Positions 26,444 through 32,000 of a DNA stretch of 32,000 nt are shown here, in pieces. Each line of letters opens with the position of its first letter. Within the stretch, counting starts at the first letter, position 1. The stretch comes from Ruminococcus albus 7 = DSM 20455 (GTDB taxonomy: Bacteria; Bacillota; Clostridia; Oscillospirales; Ruminococcaceae): contig NC_014833.1 in assembly GCF_000179635.2 (NCBI RefSeq), forward strand, positions 2,070,001 through 2,102,000, read 5' to 3'. Under the pieces are notes generated by a model. The model saw only the letters and a program-made list of their open reading frames with translations, searched no databases and was not told the origin of the DNA. Both the position numbers and the translations under genes were made by a program.

Positions 26444-27517
26444 ATGAAACGAACAAACATTGTAAATTTGAAAGACACTTCACTTTGTATGACTCTTATA
26501 ATGCTATCAGCTGGTATGGCATTTTTCCCAGCTGAAGTTTCAGATGCTGTCAGAGAAACTGTATTGAACTGTCTGAACATTCTCATACCGTCGTTGTTTT
26601 CTTTTATGGCAGTTGGATCAATGCTTTCTAAAAGCGGAAGTGCTGCTTTGATAGCTAAACCTCTGAAACCTGTATATCACTGCATCTTTCGTATGCCTGA
26701 AAATATTTTCACTGTTTTTCTTTTAAGTATGATCGCAGGTTACCCTGTTGGAATAAAGATGATATCCGATATGCTTGAACGAGGAGATATAGATCCTGAG
26801 ACGGCAGAAAAATCCGCCTGCTTCTGTTACTGCGGAGGTCCCGCTTTTTTTAGCGGTGCGATCGGGCTTACTGTGTTTGGAAACAAGAAGGTAGGTGTGC
26901 TGATCTTTTTATCTGTACTTATCACTAATATAATGCTTGCTTTGGTAGTGTGCAGAACTTCTGAATTGCACGAAAAGCATCTTTGCAGTAAATACTGTAA
27001 AGGTAATATACTTGTCGATGGTGTGCAGTCGGCAGGACGGTCTATGGCTTTGATCTGCATTACCGTGATCTTCTTTTCTGCAGTTATGTCAGTTCTTGAT
27101 GCAAGCGGTGTTATCGGCATTATAAGGCGAATTTTCAGCCTTTCTGATAATGAGATCGTCATTGTTTCATCTTTTATTGAGATAACTTCGCTTTCTGAAC
27201 TTTCGGGAGTGCCGTACAAACTTCTTCCGTGGATATGTGCATCTTGTTCTTTTGGTGGTCTATGCATAATCATTCAGCTTTATGCATTAAAGTCAGATAA
27301 ACTATCGCTGTTCAGATTTATTGAACTCAGACCTTTTGCAGCAGTTCTATCTGCACTGTTATGTAAAATATTACAACCTTTAATCATTGACGAAGCTGTT
27401 CCTGCGTTGGCAATGAATAAATCTTTGTTTAAGGTGAACAATTTTGCTGCTTCTATATGTCTAATATTAATGATTTTTCTACTGAATTATAAAAAAGGAC
27501 TGGTATTTTCAGAATGA
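26444..27517 (+). CDS. Nucleoside-recognition (Gate) domain membrane protein, YlbJ-like sporulation integral membrane protein
   Basis: 357 aa with about 9 TM segments. The N-terminal pattern FFPAEVSDAVRETVLNCLNILIPSLFSFMAV..., then AGYPVGIKMISD....D.ETAEK, parallels B. subtilis YlbJ. GGAGG lies 9 nt upstream of the ATG. It is divergent from yqfC. Confidence 0.55.
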   Translation: MKRTNIVNLKDTSLCMTLIMLSAGMAFFPAEVSDAVRETVLNCLNILIPSLFSFMAVGSMLSKSGSAALIAKPLKPVYHCIFRMPENIFTVFLLSMIAGYPVGIKMISDMLERGDIDPETAEKSACFCYCGGPAFFSGAIGLTVFGNKKVGVLIFLSVLITNIMLALVVCRTSELHEKHLCSKYCKGNILVDGVQSAGRSMALICITVIFFSAVMSVLDASGVIGIIRRIFSLSDNEIVIVSSFIEITSLSELSGVPYKLLPWICASCSFGGLCIIIQLYALKSDKLSLFRFIELRPFAAVLSALLCKILQPLIIDEAVPALAMNKSLFKVNNFAASICLILMIFLLNYKKGLVFSE

Positions 27518-27584
27518 GTGTGATATAATTAATATAAATCAGAACTCTAAATTTTATCTTTTTCGCAAAGGAGTTGCTCACATC

Positions 27585-27797
27585 ATGGCAAAGAAGAGTT
27601 TTTTCGGTAATAAAATAACACCGTCATGTTCATACTGTAAATTTGGCAACCGTTCCAAGGAAGGCAATAAGGTACTGTGTGAGAAACAGGGTCTTGTAGA
27701 TGCTGATTATGCCTGTAAAAAATGGGATTATGATCCTATCAAGCGCGTTCCCAAAAAACAGCTGAATATACCTAATCAGGAAGACGATATAATATGA
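27585..27797 (+). CDS. Hypothetical Cys-rich, Lys-rich 70-aa protein (CxxC-x13-C-x11-C)
   Basis: AAAGGAG lies about 13 nt upstream of the ATG. Four Cys residues are arranged like a small zinc ribbon. The gene is monocistronic, with its own strong terminator. Confidence 0.45.
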   Translation: MAKKSFFGNKITPSCSYCKFGNRSKEGNKVLCEKQGLVDADYACKKWDYDPIKRVPKKQLNIPNQEDDII

Positions 27798-27804
27798 TAT
27801 TACA

Positions 27805-27828
27805 GGCGGGAGTTATCCCGCCTTTTTT
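27805..27828 (+). terminator. Rho-independent terminator
   Basis: GGCGGGA-gtta-TCCCGCC followed by TTTTTT. It lies 8 nt after the stop of the 70-aa ORF. Confidence 0.85.
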
Positions 27829-27890
27829 GTGATTTTTATGCTCATTATCTGTCAATACTTTTATAGCAGATCACATATCGGGGTGAAGTA

Positions 27891-28286
27891 ATGTTTAAAC
27901 TGCTAAAGCTTATTGCTGTCGGATCATTCGGTGCTATGTGCTATGGAATTATTGAACTTGTAAACAGAGGTTTTTCTCATATATCAATGGGGTTACTGGG
28001 TGCATTTTCCATGCTGGTGATCCATGAACTCAATGGGGAACGCAGGTCGGACCGTTTGAAGCTTATATATGTAGTACTCATATCTACATTATTCATAACT
28101 TCAGGTGAACTGCTGGCAGGGGAGATCCTTAACAGGTATCTCGGTATGAAAATATGGAATTACAAGCACTTGCCTTTAAATTTCGATGGTCAGATCTGTA
28201 TTCGCTATTCTGCGGCATGGGGATTGCTTTCCTTTTTTGGGATCGCTGCTGATGAATTTTTAAGGAAGTACATCTTTCAAGAGTAG
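27891..28286 (+). CDS. Small multi-TM protein, PF06541-like (the family labelled putative ABC-transporter type IV), short form
   Basis: 131 aa with 4 TM segments. The C-terminal signature is KIWNYKHLPLNFDGQICIRYSAAWGLLS (the WDYS...G.I.L..S..W pattern of the family). The assignment is from remembered motifs only. Confidence 0.55.
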   Translation: MFKLLKLIAVGSFGAMCYGIIELVNRGFSHISMGLLGAFSMLVIHELNGERRSDRLKLIYVVLISTLFITSGELLAGEILNRYLGMKIWNYKHLPLNFDGQICIRYSAAWGLLSFFGIAADEFLRKYIFQE

Positions 28287-28384
28287 TTATTTATCTCTGC
28301 ATTGTACTTCTTAATTTTTGATATCTCAACAAAGTTCTAACACACCTTTCTTTGACATAGTATTTATCAAAAGGGGTGTGGACA

Positions 28385-28651
28385 ATGTTTGGAAATGACA
28401 GGGAAAGGGCTGTGCAGTTCGGCGAATACATGGTCAGTCAAAAATCAACAGTAAGAGCGACAGCAGCAGCGTTCGGAGTGTCAAAATCCACAGTACATAA
28501 AGATCTGACAGAGAATCTTCCGAAGATTTCAGCGGTTCTTTACAGTGAGGTAAGAAAGATCCTTGAGGAAAACAAAGAACAGCGCCATATCAGAGGCGGT
28601 CTTGCAACTAAACACAAATATGAGAATATTAACAATCGTACTGGGATATGA
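28385..28651 (+). CDS. spoIIID: Stage III sporulation transcription regulator SpoIIID
   Basis: The HTH core TVRATAAAFGVSKSTVHKDLTENLPKI and downstream HIRGGLATKHKY are near-identical in pattern to B. subtilis SpoIIID (TVRVIAKEFGVSKSTVHKDLTERLPEI ... HLRGGEATKLKY). ATG 28385 lies 8 nt after AAAGGGG. The track's GTG 28376 is less likely. Confidence 0.92.
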   Translation: MFGNDRERAVQFGEYMVSQKSTVRATAAAFGVSKSTVHKDLTENLPKISAVLYSEVRKILEENKEQRHIRGGLATKHKYENINNRTGI

Positions 28652-28675
28652 GTTGTACTCTGCTATTTGAGTACG

Positions 28676-28705
28676 TTGAGCTGTTTACAAAACTAATGTT
28701 ATAAT
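28676..28705 (+). promoter_or_regulatory. Candidate sigma-A-type promoter for the downstream PF06541-like gene
   Basis: TTGAGC (28676-28681), an 18-nt spacer, then TGtTATAAT (-10 at 28700-28705). The -35 match is weaker. Confidence 0.4.
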
Positions 28706-28754
28706 TAATAATCGACCTGGATCAGGTTTATGATCATTTTTGTGAGGTGTAACT

Positions 28755-29534
28755 ATGTCTTTGATATACAGCTTTATGATACTTGCCTTGCTTTTTGCTT
28801 CGGGCAGTATGTTTGGATGGCTGCTTGAATTATTCTACCGCCGATTCAAGCCTGCGAATAAAGGTAGGATTTGGATCAATCCGGGCTTTCTTAACGGACC
28901 ATGTCTTCCTCTTTATGGATTCGGTCTGACGGCACTTTACCTTATGGCATTACTTGAACGATTTATTCCAATTGACGATCCGGCTTCAAGAAAAGCTGTG
29001 TTGTTTGTTGTCATGGCTGCTGCTATGACCATTATCGAGTTGATAGCAGGAGAACTGTTCATAGTAAGGCGGCATATTAAATTATGGGATTATTCTGAAC
29101 TTCGATTTAATTATAAAGGTATAATATGTCCGAGGTTTTCATTTTACTGGGCTATACTTGGTGCAGGATATTATTTTTTTATTCATCCCAGGATACTGTC
29201 AGGCCTTGAATGGTTTTCACACAATCTGCTTTTTTCATTTGTCATTGGTTTTTTCTATGGTATTCTTACTATTGATCTTGTTCGATCATTCAGTCTTACA
29301 GCAAAGATCAAAGCTTTTGCGGCTGAGAATCGTATGATCATCAGGTATGACGAGCTGAAAAAACATATTCGCTATGAGGCAAAGAAACGTTGTGAAAAAT
29401 ATCGTTTTCTCAATTCTATGCATTCAGAACGTCAGCTTATCGAAGAACTTCGTACTTATATGGAAAAACAGATCGAACAGGCTAAAAACGGAAAACTTAG
29501 TGATATGATAGCTTTCATTAAAAAAGAACTGTGA
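28755..29534 (+). CDS. Multi-TM protein, PF06541-like (putative ABC-transporter type IV family), long form with a charged helical C-terminal tail
   Basis: Family signatures are GWLLELFYRR...GFLNGPCLPLYGFG and KLWDYSELRFNYKGIICPRFSFYWAILG. There are about 6 TM segments. A charged tail of about 80 aa follows (..RYDELKKHIRYEAKKRCEKYR..EELRTYMEKQIEQAKNG..). Confidence 0.68.
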   Translation: MSLIYSFMILALLFASGSMFGWLLELFYRRFKPANKGRIWINPGFLNGPCLPLYGFGLTALYLMALLERFIPIDDPASRKAVLFVVMAAAMTIIELIAGELFIVRRHIKLWDYSELRFNYKGIICPRFSFYWAILGAGYYFFIHPRILSGLEWFSHNLLFSFVIGFFYGILTIDLVRSFSLTAKIKAFAAENRMIIRYDELKKHIRYEAKKRCEKYRFLNSMHSERQLIEELRTYMEKQIEQAKNGKLSDMIAFIKKEL

Positions 29535-29557
29535 CTTAGTTAATAATCGGATACTTC

Positions 29558-29607
29558 TTACTTCCGGGCATCTTTCAGGATATGGCAAGATGTTCGGAAG
29601 TATTTTT
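29558..29607 (+). terminator. Rho-independent terminator (long composite stem)
   Basis: TACTTCCG-GG-CATCTT / AAGATG-TT-CGGAAGTA gives 8 + 6 bp joined by two G-U pairs, with a 12-nt loop. TTTTTT follows at 29602-29607. Confidence 0.8.
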
Positions 29608-29617
29608 TCGAAAAGTA

Positions 29618-29646
29618 TTGATTTTTTGTTTATAATGCTGTATAAT
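29618..29646 (+). promoter_or_regulatory. Sigma-A-type promoter for the GGDEF gene
   Basis: TTGATT (29618-29623), a 17-nt spacer, then TATAAT (29641-29646). GGAGG at 29672-29676 lies 8 nt before ATG 29685. Confidence 0.55.
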
Positions 29647-29684
29647 TATTAAAATGACATATTATCTTTACGGAGGTGAAAAAT

Positions 29685-31586
29685 ATGGAAAGACCCATTG
29701 AGATCGCTTTGATTACTGCAGGCATTGATGAAGAATACCAGTGTGGTATTATAGATGGTGTTACTTCTTTTGCCAAAGAAAAAGAGCTGAATATCTCCTG
29801 TTTTTCCTGTTTCTGCGGTGTTGTTTCTGGACGAGGTTTTGATATAGGTGAAACTAACATTTACAGCCTGATAAACTATAATATGTTTGATGGTGTTATA
29901 CTTATGATAAATACTATTCAGGATATTGAGATCAAACAGAAAATGGTATCTGTGATAAAATCTTCAAATCTGCCTGTGGTCGTATTTGATTGCGACGAGC
30001 ATCCTCAGTTTATGAATGTCACTATAGATAATAAGAAGGTAATGTCGGAACTTGTCAGACATATTATTGAAGTTCACGGTGCAAATGATATAGCATTTCT
30101 TTCCGGACCAAGGAGTAATCCTGAAGCGTTAGCAAGATATGAATCCTTCTGCGAGGTAATGGCTGATGCGGGCAAAACTGTTGACAAAGACAGGGTCATG
30201 TTTGGCGAATTCCGTCCCACCGATGGAAAGATCATGGCAGAAAAGCTAATAAAATGCAAAAGAAAGCTTCCTGATGCGCTAGTGTGTGCTAATGACGCTA
30301 CTGCGCTTTCAGCCTTAAAAGAATTTGAAGATAGCGGATACCGTGTTCCTGATGATATAATAATCACGGGTTTTGATAATATTTATAATGCACGTCATTG
30401 TTATCCTGCACTTACTACGATAGACAGACCCCTCAGCGAGGCAGGATATACTGCTTGTGAGATACTTGTTAATGCGATAGAAGGGAAGTCATGGGAAAAA
30501 GTCAGGAACCTTGAAGCTAAGCTTGTTATATCAGAAAGCTGTGGCTGTGTTTCAAAACAGCTTTCTGATATTGATGTTTTCAGGAAGAATACTTATAATA
30601 TCATAGATTATAACAGATCCAAGGTTCGTTTACTTAACAGTATGATATCAGAGACTGCTGAAGCTGAAACACTAGAAGAATGCATGAGGATAATCGGAGA
30701 TAATATCAGCAGTATTGATTGTGACAGATTCTGTATATGTCTTTGTGATGATTGGATCAGTTCATATTCTGTAAAGCTTGAAGATTCGTTTATACATGGT
30801 TATACACCTAAGATGTCTGCACCGCTGATATGGAATAAAGGTGAGATATCTGAGGTCAAATGCTTCAGAAGTTCTAATATGGCACCAAGGCATTTTAAGA
30901 CAGGTGGAAATATCAGTTATTACCTTCCGCTCCATTTCCGCGAGAGATGCCTGGGATATGCCATAATTTCAAACGGTAGTTTCCCAACTAAAAGTCTGGT
31001 ATGTCATTCGCTGATGATGAGTATCAGTCATAGCCTTGAGAATATCCGCAAGTTGATAAATCTCAATTGTGTCATAGAAGAACTTGATAAACTGTATGTG
31101 ATAGATCCTCTTTGTAATATTTACAACAGGAACGGCTTTATACGTGCGGCAGATCCATTTTTTAACGAATGCAGGATGCTTGGTCAGAAAATGCTGATAA
31201 GCTTTGTTGACATGGATAGGCTCAAATACATTAATGACAATTTTGGACACAGTGAGGGTGATTTTGCTTTACGGACATTGTCTTCTATCATAAGTGAATG
31301 CTGTGATGAAAGTATGATCTGTGCAAGATTTGGCGGTGATGAATTTATCATTATCGGTGTGGATGCTGAAGAAGAAGATATTGATAGGGTTGAATCCTCC
31401 ATACGTAAACGTATAGAGCAAACAAATAAAACTATCGATAAACCTTATACTGTTGAATGCAGTATAGGCTCACTTGTAACAAGGGTCGCAGATGATATGA
31501 CTCTTTTCAAAATGATCACTAAAGCTGATGAAGTTATGTACAAACAAAAAAAGCGCAAGAATTACTCGCGCTATCTCAGAAGATAA
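29685..31586 (+). CDS. Diguanylate cyclase: LacI/PurR-type periplasmic-binding-fold sugar-sensor domain (no HTH, no signal peptide), an unassigned middle domain, and GGDEF
   Basis: The N-terminal ~290 aa shows the LacI-family effector-domain pattern (IALITAG.., LPVVVFD, IAFLSGP...ALARYESF, PDALVCANDATALSALKEF.., VPDDIIITGFDN, PALTTIDRP). The C-terminus has DPLCNIYNRNGF, VDMDRLKYINDNFGH and RFGGDEF (GGDEF codons at 31332-31346). ATG 29685 is preferred over the track's GTG 29676. Confidence 0.88.
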   Translation: MERPIEIALITAGIDEEYQCGIIDGVTSFAKEKELNISCFSCFCGVVSGRGFDIGETNIYSLINYNMFDGVILMINTIQDIEIKQKMVSVIKSSNLPVVVFDCDEHPQFMNVTIDNKKVMSELVRHIIEVHGANDIAFLSGPRSNPEALARYESFCEVMADAGKTVDKDRVMFGEFRPTDGKIMAEKLIKCKRKLPDALVCANDATALSALKEFEDSGYRVPDDIIITGFDNIYNARHCYPALTTIDRPLSEAGYTACEILVNAIEGKSWEKVRNLEAKLVISESCGCVSKQLSDIDVFRKNTYNIIDYNRSKVRLLNSMISETAEAETLEECMRIIGDNISSIDCDRFCICLCDDWISSYSVKLEDSFIHGYTPKMSAPLIWNKGEISEVKCFRSSNMAPRHFKTGGNISYYLPLHFRERCLGYAIISNGSFPTKSLVCHSLMMSISHSLENIRKLINLNCVIEELDKLYVIDPLCNIYNRNGFIRAADPFFNECRMLGQKMLISFVDMDRLKYINDNFGHSEGDFALRTLSSIISECCDESMICARFGGDEFIIIGVDAEEEDIDRVESSIRKRIEQTNKTIDKPYTVECSIGSLVTRVADDMTLFKMITKADEVMYKQKKRKNYSRYLRR

Positions 31587-31590
31587 TAAT

Positions 31591-31623
31591 AAGACCCGAA
31601 GAACATAATGCTTTTCGGGTCTT
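31591..31623. terminator. Hairpin terminator shared by the convergent GGDEF (+) and thioesterase (-) genes
   Basis: AAGACCCGAA / TTCGGGTCTT gives a 10-bp stem with a 13-nt loop. Only TTT follows on the + strand. TTATTATTAT follows on the minus strand. Confidence 0.6.
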
Positions 31624-31629
31624 TAAATG

Positions 31630-32000
31630 TTATTTGTTTTTGTGAAAGCCAACTATCTTTACAACTGCAAGTGGTTTACCTGCTCCATCATTTACTTTAA
31701 CAATGTAGGTGCAAACAGATCTGCCATCCTTTACAAGCTCTGTTTCTGCATAGATCTTTTCTGTAGAAGGAACTCCAATAAATGAAATATCCGAGTTCAG
31801 TGAAACTGTACCTGGTTCCTGCCAGTTAGAAGCTACTGCAAAAGCAAAATCAGCAATTGTAAAATAAACACCGCCCATTATACCTCCGACAGCATTCTTA
31901 TGACGCTCTGTCAGCATAAGGCTTACTTTTGCATATCTGTCAGCAACTTCCTCTATATATGCACCGGTATCATAGGCATAAAGATCATGGCTGAAATATT
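31630..32000 (-). CDS. PaaI/hotdog-fold thioesterase; the 5' end lies beyond the window
   Basis: The frame stays open upstream of the track's Met: ..YFSHDLYAYDTGAYIEEVADRYAKVSLMLTERHKNAVGGIMGGVYFTIADFAF.. This matches the PaaI pattern (H.N..G.vHGG....laD). The stop is at 31630. Confidence 0.6.
   Translation of the reverse strand, partial: YFSHDLYAYDTGAYIEEVADRYAKVSLMLTERHKNAVGGIMGGVYFTIADFAFAVASNWQEPGTVSLNSDISFIGVPSTEKIYAETELVKDGRSVCTYIVKVNDGAGKPLAVVKIVGFHKNK

Noticed and set aside
26395-26586. 63-aa minus-strand ORF overlapping the ylbJ-like gene start
   Set aside because: It overlaps the RBS and 5' end of a better-supported membrane protein gene. It has no RBS of its own.
28287-28395. Possible sigma-E-type promoter (CATAGTAT as -10) and a SpoIIID-box-like GGACAA at the spoIIID start
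   Set aside because: The -10 match is partial and I could not find a matching -35 at the correct spacing. The SpoIIID consensus is so degenerate that one hit is meaningless. The same applies to the sigma-E-like CATATACT upstream of the ylbJ-like gene (about 26416). These cannot be supported without TSS data.
1-32000. Search by eye for tRNA, rRNA, CRISPR repeats, IS elements, integrases, toxin-antitoxin pairs and known defence-system signatures
   Set aside because: None found. All intergenic regions are shorter than 300 nt and are accounted for by promoters and terminators. No repeated spacer-repeat periodicity, transposase or recombinase motifs were seen in any frame of the ORF track.

Overview
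This window looks like chromosomal backbone of a low-GC, spore-forming Firmicute. A Clostridia/Oscillospiraceae-like origin is my inference from gene content and order, not a search result.

Bases 1-8832 (+ strand) carry a cluster in the same order as Bacillus subtilis: priA(3' end)-def-fmt-rsmB-rlmN-prpC-prkC-rsgA-thiN. It ends in a 27-codon spoVM-like micro-ORF that the ORF track missed.

The remaining gene blocks, in order:
- A convergent CUT1-type sugar ABC operon on the minus strand (binding lipoprotein plus two permeases, no ATPase and no regulator).
- A cation-diffusion-facilitator gene.
- A tightly coupled + strand operon: DnaD/DnaB-like, DnaI/DnaC-like loader, membrane-anchored lipase-like alpha/beta hydrolase, 80-aa orphan.
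- A long minus-strand block: yqfC-yqfD | phoH-ybeY-dgkA-NUDIX-GNAT-era-recO-mutS2.
- A + strand block: ylbJ-like, Cys-rich 70 aa, PF06541-like, spoIIID, PF06541-like, LacI-type-sensor GGDEF cyclase.
- The 3' part of a PaaI-type thioesterase (5' end beyond the window).

Several sigma-A-type promoters and rho-independent terminators are readable in the short intergenic regions. I found no tRNA, rRNA, CRISPR array, transposase, integrase or recognisable defence island.

The region is mostly housekeeping and sporulation genes, so I cannot honestly point to a clear new system. The candidates most worth following up:
1. The helicase-loader/membrane-lipase/orphan operon.
2. The pair of PF06541-like membrane proteins bracketing spoIIID.
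3. The HTH-less LacI-type sugar-binding domain fused to an I-site-less GGDEF domain.
4. The NUDIX+GNAT pair sitting where cdd sits in B. subtilis.
5. The acidic Asp/Tyr tract in PrkC.

All family assignments come from motifs I recognise by eye. No searches were run.
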